DNA of 62,507 bases, filler included, from Hausera hauseri (lineage: Eukaryota): assembly GCA_046269625.1 (NCBI GenBank). It is 12 parts of 12 records of this genome, joined end to end, with 100 filler letters (N's around TTAATTAATTAA, not from the genome) between each part and the next. Parts side by side here need not be neighbours in the genome. Positions count along the whole stretch, not along the records: positions 47,561 to 52,069 come from JBJURY010548452.1; positions 52,170 to 56,454 come from JBJURY010657441.1; positions 56,555 to 62,507 come from JBJURY010163643.1; 9 more parts are not named here. One strand, written 5' to 3'. Both the position numbers and the translations under genes were made by a program. The notes under the pieces are model-generated. The model was not told the origin of the DNA, ran no database searches, and saw only the letters and a list, made by a program, of their open reading frames with translations. This document shows, piece after piece, positions 50,661 through 62,507 of the stretch (positions are counted from its first letter, which is position 1; every line of letters begins with the position of its first letter).

Positions 50661-52061
50661 TTTTCTCTTGGAATTATAATAAATTAAAAAAACCTTGAAC
50701 ACAAATCGACGATTATTATTCAAATCTAGACGTGCATTTTCTAATAATTTTGAATAATCTCGATATACCGTATGCAACTCCCGCTCCTGGTCAGAGTTTG
50801 AGATTAGGGTTTGATTTAAATGAGGTGCAGCAGTTGTTCGTGCCAAAACATTAGTCATGCATAATGCTAATATACATGAAAATAAGGTCATTCTTCCAAA
50901 CTGAGGTTGTATATTCTGATATTGTTGATTTACTGAACCACTATCGACATATTGTTGGTTAACTGGTTCAAAGATATTTTTACTCGAGATGGGTTCTGTA
51001 TATACTGTAGAATTTATATACTGACTAATTTCAACGAGCTGAACATCTACCGCAAGATTTGAGTTATTCAATTCATTGTGATTTACGTCGATGGTAGAGT
51101 TTTCTTCTTCTTCTAATACTGGTTTTAGACCAACTTTATTCTCTACGGTAGGTTTTGGTAGGAGTTCAAGTAATTTATCAATATTCTCTTCCATTCTATT
51201 CCAAGCATTTTTATCTCTGGTAGGTCCTCTGAATTTCTTTTTCTTTCTTAAGTAATGCTTTATATTAATCATATGCATCGCCATTTCTATCAAGTACCAT
51301 TGGTAAGGCAATTTGGTCGATAATGCTGCTCTTTGTGGTATTTTAGCCAAATATTTTATTAAATATGCCTCTTCTCCCGGTAATAAATCCACTTGGGTTA
51401 GTCCTAAATAAGCCATCACCCTATTAATCCATCTGGTGTCAAAGACCACTTTACTATCTATCCCGTATTTTTGGGCAAGCAAGTCTATTCTCTCATCATG
51501 TATTTGTACTGAACGATAGTAAATTTCCAGCGTGCTGGCTTGTGTTAAATTGATTATTTCTTTATCGGTTATTCTTATTTCCTTAGGTTGATCCTTGTTT
51601 CTGTTGAAACTATAGAAAAGAATCTTTATCATGTATTGTCGAACTTCTTCTGTATCTAAATCAGGTGTCAGTATAAAGTTATTGACATAGAAATAATCCA
51701 CAATTCGTTGTAATATACTCTGTTGGTGATATTCATTATCACGATAAAAGGAAGTGACATATTGACTTTTAATCCATGCTACAACACTATGGGATATGTT
51801 AAGGTGGTCTACCCCTAATTCCCATAACACTTGGTATACCCATCTATCCATTTCTGGAGTTGGTTCAGATAGGGCCTCTAGACTCTTGTATAAAAGTCTA
51901 GTACAAGTAAATCTACTGTGAGTTATCTTGCTTGCTGGCGTCAAAGTATCTAATAATTTAATCTTACAACACCTTAGATTTGGCGTATTAGGATTTTCTT
52001 CAGCACTGATTCCTCTGTTAACCAAGATATCTGAGTAATTATCGAAACATCTTCTCATCAT
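50502..52061 (-). CDS. Orphan ORF of at least 519 aa, open to the contig edge
   Basis: Uninterrupted ORF in ~30% GC DNA. Contains basic YLRKKKKFR, an N/Q-rich spacer and hydrophobic MTLFSCILALCMTNVLA. No family recognised. Confidence 0.7.
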   Translation of the reverse strand: MMRRCFDNYSDILVNRGISAEENPNTPNLRCCKIKLLDTLTPASKITHSRFTCTRLLYKSLEALSEPTPEMDRWVYQVLWELGVDHLNISHSVVAWIKSQYVTSFYRDNEYHQQSILQRIVDYFYVNNFILTPDLDTEEVRQYMIKILFYSFNRNKDQPKEIRITDKEIINLTQASTLEIYYRSVQIHDERIDLLAQKYGIDSKVVFDTRWINRVMAYLGLTQVDLLPGEEAYLIKYLAKIPQRAALSTKLPYQWYLIEMAMHMINIKHYLRKKKKFRGPTRDKNAWNRMEENIDKLLELLPKPTVENKVGLKPVLEEEENSTIDVNHNELNNSNLAVDVQLVEISQYINSTVYTEPISSKNIFEPVNQQYVDSGSVNQQYQNIQPQFGRMTLFSCILALCMTNVLARTTAAPHLNQTLISNSDQERELHTVYRDYSKLLENARLDLNNNRRFVFKVFLIYYNSKRKCLMITYVSGLSGQEREAITIFEESRPICVVNSCYYLCIYNYLLQSTLNYSNI

Positions 52062-52239
52062 GTCGTAATNNNNNNNNNNNNNNNNNNNNNNNNNNNNNNN
52101 NNNNNNNNNNNNNTTAATTAATTAANNNNNNNNNNNNNNNNNNNNNNNNNNNNNNNNNNNNNNNNNNNNGTAAACTCGTACGGGATCAACATAATGCTTC
52201 ACGAGCTTGGCTATATAAGGATGGGCAGCACAACTGTGA

Positions 52240-53470
52240 CTGCCAATGTATCATGTTCCCACCATCCATAGATAAAATCAAAAAATTCGGGCGACTTAAC
52301 AAAATATCAGTTAGTATCTTCGGATTGGATGAGGAGGACAAATTATATCCGTTACAAGTGTGTGATGAGGAATTGGAAGATCATAGGGATCTACTCCTGC
52401 TAGACTATGGAGAAAAGAAGCATTATGTTTGGATAAAGAATTTCGATCGTCTTGTCAGATCCCAAATAACAAAGAATGAGCACGGAATCAAAATATGCAG
52501 AAGATGTTTGTACAATTTCAGCGGTAAGTTAGCTCTTGAGAAACTGAAGGAGCATAAAATGTACTGCAACAACAATTATTGTATCAGGACAGAACTTCCC
52601 AAGGAGGTCCATATAGAATTCAAAGAATTTGAAAAGAAGCTCAAAGTTTTAATAGTCATCTATTGCTACTTCGAAGCCATATTGAGTCCAGTTCAGAGCT
52701 TTAGCCCCAATCCACAACAAAGCAACACAACAGCATACCAATATCACGAGCTGTCATCATCTTGTATGTATGCCCATGGACTGAACACGGAACCATTTCT
52801 ATTCAGAGGCCCCAATGCAGCAGCACATTTCATGAAGCGATTAGAAGACACTGCTCATAGGTTTGAAAGCATGTTGCAGCAACATAAGGATGCAATGAAC
52901 ATATCGAAGAATCAAGAAGAATGGTGTCGCGCAGCAACGTGTTACTTGTGCGACACGTCCTTCACCATGGAGAATTGGAAAGTCAGGAATCATTGTCATT
53001 TTACAGAAAAATATCGAGGCACAGCCTGCAAAAATTGCAATATACGTTGCAAAAACATGTACATATGTGCCTGTAGTGTTCCATAACCTCAGTGGATATG
53101 ATTCCCATTTCATAGTCCGAGAGTTTGGAAAGACTGAGGGGAACACTGATGTGATTCCAAACAGCGAAGAAAAATATATAACTTTTACAAAACATTTTTG
53201 AAAAAATGCCAACAATTTATATGAATAGGCAGTGAGCCTCCCATTGTCTTATGATAACTTTAAATGGGTGAATCACCCGGAAGCCATCCCTGTTGCAGAT
53301 GTAGATCCAAATGGAGATACGGGCTACATACTGGAGGTGGGTGTTGAATATCCACATAGCATCTACACAAGGCATGAACAGCTGACGTTTCTCCATTAGA
53401 ACAAGCAGCCGCCCCGTGGGAAACATCGAAAGCTGATCTGGCATCTGGATAGTTGGAAGAGGTATGTAAT
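52240..53470 (+). pseudogene. Polinton pPolB with endonuclease-VII-like zinc domain, internally deleted
   Basis: HYVWIKNFDRL, CRRCL, CYLC...KVRNHCHFTEKYRGTACKNCN, HNLSGYDSHFI, IPNSEEKYITF, then a jump to ANNLY and GYILEV.VEYP. Confidence 0.92.
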
Positions 53471-53689
53471 CTGATGTAATTCTTTGTTGGAAATAAATTA
53501 ATTTGTAATTAATTCCATGGCTATAGTAGTATTTTTTGGAGCATAAATCTATTAAAAATACTGCGGATGAAAAGGTCTGACAATAATGAATTTATTTGAT
53601 TTAAATTTCAAAAATTAACAAATCTATTTACAAAATCTTTTTTACCATTTTACAAAAGTCAATCGCAATCGTCAATAGCTGAATAGTCA

Positions 53690-54420
53690 AAATCGGTGAC
53701 AATTTTAACTGACAGATGGCACTGGTCCTTAATCTTTTTAGTTAATTCTGTTATGGTGTTCAAGCTTTCTTGCAAAAGCCCAAGTTTCTTCGTAATATTT
53801 AAATTTTCTATCGGTTATTCGTTTTGTTTTTTATGCATTAGAGACAAACATGCTTCGATATTATTAAGCCATTTATACAACCTTTCTTTATAAACCTTGA
53901 AATTACTTAATTGAGAATCAAAGATGTCTCCTTCCTGATCAGACAGGTTTATTGAATTTCGCAAGGAAACCATAATTGCGTAGAACGACACTAGGTTAAA
54001 ATACGTATTTTCGTGGAAACAATCATGTAATGAATGAGGCTGGTGCAGCGCAATAACTGACGACTCTGATTATCTGTTGCTCGCCAAAATACCAATAAAT
54101 CACGGATTTCTTCAACAAGTTGTTCTTGATCTTTATTTTCTTCAGCTTAAAGTTACCAAAAAGAGTAAGATGGAAATCGACAATGTTTGCAGCGCATATT
54201 GCTGTTATTCGTCGAAACTAATGCAGTTTATTCATGAGATCAGCATTCTGATCTTAGTTCATCAATAAGGGACCAAAGTAATCACTTTGCACCGGCTGAT
54301 TTGAAAGACGAATAGCGTAGAAGAGGTTCTGTAATACAGAATCAGTCATTGCACATCGCTGTCGAAGAGACGAAACAGAAAAATTCATTTGACTAATCGC
54401 TGATGATTTCTAGTCAAAAA
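53690..54420 (-). pseudogene. Possible spectrin-repeat-like host gene remnant
   Basis: Helical heptad-like frame FKVYKERLYKWLNNIEACL with in-frame stops. Confidence 0.25.
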
Positions 54421-57099
54421 TAACACTTATTCCATTTAACTGTTGCTTCGTTTGAATTAAAAACTTTTGAATCAGTTTTATAGTAATGTCTATCCGTTTT
54501 TAAACGTCAATGAAATCACTTATCGTATGGTTTGGACGGTAAATTTTTATTATCACCTGAATCATAAAGGATATTGTCATATTCTGGTTCTTCAAAATTG
54601 TCTTGGGGACAAGAAGCGAAAAACCCAGTGTCGAACACTATGGCCTATAAGAGTCGGGTAGTGAACAATTTTCAGTGGAATTGTGGTGTTGTCCAAGTCT
54701 ACGGCACCACAGCACGCATTTTTCTAGGTCTACACCAATTACGAGTCTGACCGATGCTCTTTGATCACCGCTCGGCGGTATTTAACCGATCAATCGTTGC
54801 ATATTACACACCAATGCCATTAAATCCAAAATATCAACCAAATGTGATTTCGTTTCATATAACCTCGGCGTAAGTTAATTCACAAACCGTCAAAATGGCA
54901 GGCCATCAAAAAATAAAACAAAAATTCACCAGCTCGATTGTTGACTCAAATTACTCACTTTACACCAGCTGTAAATAAGATTTTCACTTTTTTATTTTTC
55001 ATTTTATATCTTTTATTTTCATTTTTGATTTTTCTTGTTTTTTAATTCATTTAAAAAATTCGAACAAATGTCGTGAACACTGTCTGGTGGAATTACCCGT
55101 CTTTTTTCATTTTTACAGAAAGTACCAGAAAATCAACACATCCGGTGTTTAAAACGATTAGTCACTATCAATTCAAAAAGAAAACCGACATTTTGATATT
55201 AAAAAAATTTTGTTAATTTTATCACCGTTTGTGACCTGGTAACATTTATCAATTCAACTCAGAATACTCCAACCTTTTCTTCAGTGAGCCAAAATCGTTG
55301 CATTCTAACTGCTAACGCAGGCTATTTGGCTTTTGTGATTTGTTTGGTGTATAATCAGTTGAGCTAAACTGACCACTCCTATCACAAAAGAAAAAGGAAG
55401 TAACCGTAATTCGAGAATTCGTTAATCGTTATTGAAACCCTGAGAGGGACAAAATTTATGCAATTTTAAGAGTTCATCGTTATTGATATTTCAAACTAAC
55501 AGACATTAAACGTAAAACTTTGCGAAATTGATTTTCACTTGAAATTCCAGAGTTGTTTCAATTGTCCGACTAATTTCTGATGAGTTATACCAAGTATATA
55601 CATCATAAACAAAGAATTTGCAATATTTATACACAAACTTTGTAATTTTAGTTTTGTTAAATTTTGTCGAGTTTTTTATTAATTGCGGTTTCATCAGATT
55701 GTTCTTTTTAGTGGTATTTTGATCTGTACGGTTATTCTTTATATTAAATTATTTTCGTTTTCCGAAGTTTTTTTCAGCCATATCGTTGATTTGTGCGATT
55801 ATCTATCAAATTTCAATTACTCCAGTCGTAAATAATAGAATTGGAGATATTTACAAAAAAGTTTGATCGAGAAACATATTACGTCAATTGGAACAGATTC
55901 ATTTACCGGAGAAGAAACATCGGTCAATGATTTATCTGAAGCAAAAATTCCAGCTTTATTGAAAGTACTGCAGGATAAATGGGATGCTGTTATGATACAC
56001 TTCACGTTGGTGGTGCAAGTTAGGACTCCCAAAAATCGAGAGATCACAGAGCAAAAGATTACAGTATTCATGTAAAAGATGGCGGATTTGTGAAAGATTA
56101 AAAAATACATGATTTAATATATATTATAGAGGTATTTTTGGATTGCATTTCTAATATTCTGACATTCTAAATCGCTGATTTCTCGCTTCCGGAGTTTCCC
56201 TTCGTCAAATGCATAGTTTTCAGTGTTTCTGCTTCGGCTATTTCGTTCTTTTGTGTCGTTATTGAAACCTAACTGTTCGGAAATTCGCGCATAGGTTTCG
56301 CTCTTTCGGATTTGTTTAATTTGATCTTTTTGTCTTGGCCTGATATCTCGTTTTAGGGGAAATAATTTCTTATCCGTATCGTCATTTTTGAATAGTTAGA
56401 TCTGTTCTTTTTGTCGCAGTGGAAAACTCGTTTCTTTGGCCTTCGGACTCTATGNNNNNNNNNNNNNNNNNNNNNNNNNNNNNNNNNNNNNNNNNNNNTT
56501 AATTAATTAANNNNNNNNNNNNNNNNNNNNNNNNNNNNNNNNNNNNNNNNNNNNGGGTGAGATTTATCATTGTGTACGATTCGTCTGGCAGATATTTTTT
56601 AATATGCGTTTTATTAACGATTTCAATTTCTCGCCTTTCCCATATATTTTGGTTTATACCATGTCTGCTGTTGACATCACCTTTTTTAATCATTTCCCTC
56701 AGTTGCGGTTGTCATTTCAGGCCCATTTACTTCGATACTTCAGATACTTTAAAACGTTTACGGTTCCCCAATATTGATAACCATCTGGTTTCTGAAGATT
56801 TTGTCCATTCACTTCGTGCATGTTTGCTGACTTATCGTTCATTACCGAGGCCGTGTTTGTCATGTTGCAAATTAACATGCAAAAGCGGATTAGAAATTGC
56901 CGCATACTTCGCTGCTACATTACAGCTCATCAGACAAAGAATACGACATAAAGACAGCAGGCCTTATGGCTATTTCCCACCTTATGAGATTAAATATATG
57001 TCTAACTAAATTTGACATTGTTCCGACCCCTAAACGTAATAGGGGTTATACCAGTTCTTTGTCAAAGATTCTCCACAGTACGTATAACAACGCTGTTGA

Positions 57100-60000
57100 G
57101 TTCCGAGTACATCACAGCGTGACTGACTGCCAAACCGGTTGTTTAATGTCAGTCGGTGCTACGCTACTGTCCGTTGCGTCACCACTAGGGGCAACACCAA
57201 CCCTTTTCTTTTTATTCTTCCTAAATAATCGCATTTTCTTACACTCGATACAACGTGTTTTATAGACACACATCACTTGCACAATTATGTGCTACACTCT
57301 ACTAATTTTCCTGATTTTTACCTGACTTACAACAACTTACCTGTAACTAATGTCAATTTTCGTAACCCTTTTTTCCGTCATCCCATTATGTCATTATTCA
57401 CGTACACATTTGTCCTTGTGGTGGCATGGATTTATCGCCCACCATTGACACTACTGACAAAACTACCTCTAAACCATTACCTTTCACTTTTCACAAAAAA
57501 ATCAACGACTGTTACCACACCATATACCTTTGCCACTTATACACCTTACATCCCGCCATCCAAACACACTTCTTCTCAGTGCACAGAATACTTTATTGAT
57601 CATGAAAAGTCCAGCAAAACCTGGCTTAACTTTCACAAACTCTGGCTGCAGTCTAACAACACTACTGATCCATCTGCCAAAGCTCATAGCTTACTTCGCG
57701 TCTTACCAAACACAGTAAAAACTTCCCTTCGCGATATTTTAGACATATTTCAACAATCCGACCCGTACACCCATCTCTATAATGCAGTTTTAAAACTCAA
57801 GGAACCATCTATGAATTCCATAATCCATAGATTCTTCAATGATAATGCTATGGGTACGCAAAAACCATCCGATTTTCTCAGAATCTCTCTCGCTCAACTG
57901 CAAAGACTCGCAGTTACCAAACAAAATAATCCCGATCTCTTACCACGTTACTTTCTAAACGCATTACCGATCCAGATCAGAGCCCTGCTTACCGTCGTCG
58001 AGGAATCGACGGCGCTGGATAAATTAGCCGAACTTGCGGACAAAAAGTAGGAGATATTACATTTAAACACTCAATCTATCATTTCAGCAGCACCGACAGC
58101 AAATGACAACACATTAGAATATCAAATACAACAGTTGCGGGACGAAAACGCAGCCCTACATAGTACAATAAACAATATCAATGATAGATTGAATGAAATC
58201 TTTTTGTCTCAACGAAAGAGTTCCACCTACGATCGCACACGCTCTGTACCCACAGGTCGGTCGCCGACTCCTGCACGATCGCTGATTTGTTTCTACCATG
58301 ATAGGTTTGCGCGCAAAGCACAAAAATGTCGTCTTGGGTGCCGCTTTTACACCCAAAAGTATCAAGTTAAGAATCTTATTTGCATCTGCCACGCAAAATT
58401 TAAAAGTGTCGTCCAAAATAAGGATGGAACTTTTCAACCGTGTGGTGATTATCGTCACTTGAATATTTTGACAGTAACCGCTACCACTCATTAAGGATAT
58501 ATCACGCAGCCTTAATAACACCATAATTTATTTTACCATTGATTTATCCAAAGCCTATCACCAAATTCCTGTGGCACCTGAATATATCGAATAAACATCC
58601 GTAACTACACATTTTGGACCTTACGAATATCTGTACATGCCTTTTGGCCTACATAATGCTGCGCAGACCTTCCAACGCTACATCGATGCTATACTTTTTG
58701 ATTTTCCATATGCCCATCCCTATATCGATGACATATTAGTTGTTTCCTCTTTTACCCAACAACACGAGGAACACCTAAGATCAATCTTTTAACGTTTACA
58801 CCAGCACAACCTGCAGATAAATTTCGCCAAATGTCGCTTTTTCCCGAAGCGTATAAATTTTCTTGGTCACGTTATTTTTGATGAAGGTCACTCGACTCAG
58901 CCCGATCGAGTTGAAGCCCTAAAAAATGTGCAGCTACCTCGAACAACAACAGAAATGAGGAGCTTTTTGGGAACTTTGCACTTCGTCCACAAGTATGTGC
59001 CGTACTGCTCTAAACTTACCGCACCATTTGCTCACTTCAGCGGCGGCTAAAAACATCAGACAATCCAGTGGACACCTGAATTGGTTGATAAGTTTGATAA
59101 GCTACGCGAAGGAATGAAGACCGTTGACATTCTCGCTTTCCCCAAGCCTGATGCGGAACTCATCCTTACTACAGACGATTCAACCACTGCGGTAGGTGCT
59201 GTGCTTCACCAAATCCACAAAGGTGAAAATCAACCGCCAGAATTTTTCTCTCGTAAGCCAACATCCCCTGAAACTAGATATTCAAGGTTCGATCGAGAAT
59301 GATTGGCCATAGTTCTCGCTTTAAAGCATTTCTCCCATCTACTTGTCGCTCGCCATTTTACCATACAGACCGATCACAAGCCCTTGCTAAACACCATAGC
59401 TATAAAACATCCTTCATCACGCCAAGAAGGACAGATATCATATCGGTCAACATTTAACTTCAACATAAAACATATTAACGGGATCAATAATTTGGTTGCC
59501 GATTTCTTATCTAGAACGGGTGGTTCGATTAATTTTTCACCAATCTTTACTCAAGTACAACTTCAACAGAACCAACCACCTCAGGATATGCTTAATTCTT
59601 TTAAGTCCTGCACAATTGTTGACGGCGTGGCTGTAGGCACTTCCAAACCAGGTCATTCCGTAATAATTCTTGCACCACCTTTACAACGGCAAGCGTTTAA
59701 CAGTGTACATTCGCTACGCCACCCTGGCGCTAAAGCCACTTTTCCTTTACTCCACGGACAAGTAGTTTGGCCGTCAATGTGTTCCGATGCGCAAACTTGG
59801 ATTAAGGAGTGCGTGGCCTGCAAGAAATACAAAACAACTAAACATTTAAAGCCACCACTATTCCACTTTCCATGCACGTCGCGTTTCGAAACTGTTCATA
59901 TTGATATCGTCGGCCCTCTTCCTCTGGACAACGGTCATCAATTCATTCTCACTATGATGGACCTTTCCTCGCGATGGCCAAAAGCCATCCCTCTGCGGAG

Positions 60001-61272
60001 CACAAATACCAACACCGTAGCTGCCGTTTTTATTCGTACATGGATTAGCAGGTTTGGATCACCTCGCTTCATCATCAAGGACCAGGGTCCATAGTTTTAA
60101 TCTAACCTGTTCAAATCCCTTGTTAACCGATTGGGGATCCATCACATACATATTACGCCTTACCATCCCCAATTGAATGGCCTTTTAGAACGTTTCCACC
60201 GAACATTGAAAGCGTCACTAAGAATCCTTGCCGAGTCAAACACTAGTTTGTTCTGCTTGGCTGGCGGAACACTCCGTCTACTTCTACAGGATGCTTACCC
60301 ACTGAAGCTTTATTTGGAGCTCCTGTACGATTATTATTTGAACTTACTGCCCTAGACGACACTCCTACAGACGAAACGATATGCGCAGCACAAAATCACT
60401 TCGTTACAATCAGTAAAGATTCGTTCTGCAGGTTACTTCACAAAGACAAAACATATTTACCGGAAGACTTGTATTTGGCAAAATTCGTCTGGTTAAAAAA
60501 TCAAACGCCGTGCGGTTTCAACAACGGTATTTGGGACATTATAAACTCGTCCAATTACATTCCCACAATGCATTACTTCTAAAGACGGTAAAGAACTAGC
60601 GGTGAATATCAACAACGTCAAGCGTGCTTTTTTCGTAGACGATACCCCTTTCCATTTCGGCCTCTACAACTACTCCTTTACCAGAACCTACTCAAAACTT
60701 CCCCTTCTACTAACCTTGCCACTTTTCTTTTCTTTTCTCCTACATTTTCTCCTCCAGTCACTCTCTCGTCTCTGAACGATAAATCACCTTCAACGACAAA
60801 ATCTGACATTGCTTTACCTCAATCTCCACTACAACCATATTCAAAGACATTGAATAATCGCAAATCAGTCACATTTGGTACCAACAGTAAGGAAATTAAC
60901 AAAGCAGGGATACAACGTCTTATTCACACAAAAACCTCCTAGACAGCCTGCACCGTTTCTACACATTTCCTACTTTCTTACCCCTGTAGCCTTTACTTTG
61001 CCACGAGAGGGGGTGATGTTTTGCCCAACAATGACCGTAAATACAATGTTATTGTTTCCTCTTTCATTGTTATTTGTTTTTGTAATTGCCGACGAGTTGG
61101 TACAATTTTGTAGTTTTATCTCATCGTGCCCGAATTTGGCTAAGTCTAATATGTACAATTCGGTGTTTATAACTGACTCTCAATTTTGAACTATTGGTGT
61201 ATTAAATACTGTCGGTATCTAACATCATACAGTTTTCAGAGTTGTCGAACACGAAGTGGTTACGCCACAACA
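57100..61272 (+). mobile_element. Ty3/Gypsy LTR retrotransposon, protease region deleted
   Basis: gag (MGTQKPSDFLR...FLNALP...LDKLAELADK; CFYHDRFARKAQKC), RT (PCGDYRHLN, IDLSKAYHQIP, MPFGLHNAAQTFQR, YIDDILV), RNase H, integrase (HIDIVGPLP, YHPQLNGLLERFHRTLK). PPT GAGAGGGGGTGA then an LTR at ~61017-61272. Confidence 0.93.
57277..58400 (+). pseudogene. gag: Gypsy gag
   Basis: PY..L...L, KPS..LR and LA.LADK motifs, plus a C-x2-H-x8-C-x3-C box. One stop at 58048-58050. Confidence 0.85.
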
Positions 61273-62507
61273 ATTTAATGAAATGAATATTGGTATTATT
61301 CAATCTCTACTCTCTTAGTTCAGCAGCCGAATAAACGTACTCTCTTTTCCCACCCAGACCACTGTGTTTGATTTGATAAATGAAGTACTGGAAGTTAACA
61401 GGCAAAGGAATAATTGATTCGAGGAATGTATTTTGATACAACCACTTACTATAATAATTAACTTATCAAGGACAACAGTTTAACATTAGCAATGCCAATC
61501 GTGTGACTGCACTACTACTCCCTACAAACGAATCAGAAATGTCAAACGGATTTACTTCGAACGGATATGACAAAGATATGGACACTGTGGAATGCGATTT
61601 ACAGGATTTCAATCCAATGGATTATTTAGAGTATCTTGAAACCAGCATTCCTCAACACGATTCATGCAATATTCTCAACGAGATACCCGGTCGAAACTGT
61701 AAAGAGTTAGACGACGTAATATTCGATTTAAATGATCTAAGTCTCCTGAGTACACCGAATTGGGCGGATATTGATGGCGTACCAACGATATCTGCTGGTG
61801 ATATTGATTAATTCATGGAAGAGTTAAATGTTTATGGTGTACTAACTAATATTGCCCGAAAAAATACGTGCTTTCATTAGACTGCCTACCTATTTCTAAA
61901 AACAGGTTTATCATTTCATTTCAATACTGTCCGGTATCGAAATCTATATAAAATCTATATATTTCTATTTTTGTGTTGTACAGTTTGCACGGATAATATT
62001 TGGAAACTTTCAATGTTGATTTGTGTTATAAACAATAGATGCGTTATAGTTTCAAAAATTAATTAATTATTGAATTAAAAAATTTGAAATAAACATGATA
62101 TTGTTTACGGATTTTGTCCTTTATGATTTACTATGATGTAACCCCTTATAATCCCGTATTTATCACAGAAACTTCACTCAGTCTATCCAACCTTTGTCAG
62201 TCCTGATATTACACCTTCATTGGTGGAATTACTTAAAATACCTGATTTAACGCGAAAACATCACTACCCACTGTGGTGCTCACATTCACCCAAATGGTGA
62301 ACTATATGTGGAATTTCTAATGTAAAATATTATGGTTGTTTTATTAAATACAGTATGCGGATTTCGATTTTTTATTGATATCGGATTTACTATTTTAATG
62401 ATGGCCTCGTGTTTTGAAGACGTTGCTTTATTAAGATACAATGAGGGTTCCAAACTTTTCGATTTAGTTATTGATAATCTTGATCTCAAAATTGATATTT
62501 TACCTCA

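Noticed and set aside
54480-54850. Possible small GTPase or Cys-rich exon remnants
   Set aside because: No consistent frame or diagnostic motif.
61503-61811. 102-aa acidic ORF downstream of the Gypsy LTR
   Set aside because: No motif or context sufficient to assign a function.

Overview
Eukaryotic, AT-rich, invertebrate-like DNA. The window is not one locus: it is 12 separate contigs of about 4-7 kb joined by an artificial 100-bp linker (N44-TTAATTAATTAA-N44), so nothing can be inferred across linkers. Most content is decayed mobile DNA: Polinton/Maverick pieces (pPolB, integrase, two tandem minor capsid genes, core protein, major capsid, adenain protease, and four AGTAGG-starting candidate termini), several Ty3/Gypsy LTR elements, two full-length mariners, Merlin and hAT transposase relics, RTE LINEs, a Penelope GIY-YIG fragment and a tRNA-SINE. 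Host-type sequence is limited to a FAM47-like gene with ~50-nt introns, a cathepsin-L-like last exon and a J-domain::PRP8 chimeric pseudogene. The most unusual item is contig 24600-29364, an apparent retroelement. It carries a ubiquitin-like domain, an AT-hook and a chuvirus-G-like (class III/gB-type) glycoprotein upstream of the retropepsin, and the glycoprotein tail runs into the protease (env before pol). Two other LTR elements carry unusual 3' cargo: a C3HC4 RING finger and an intact orphan ORF of at least 519 aa. All family calls come from motif recognition by eye, not database searches.
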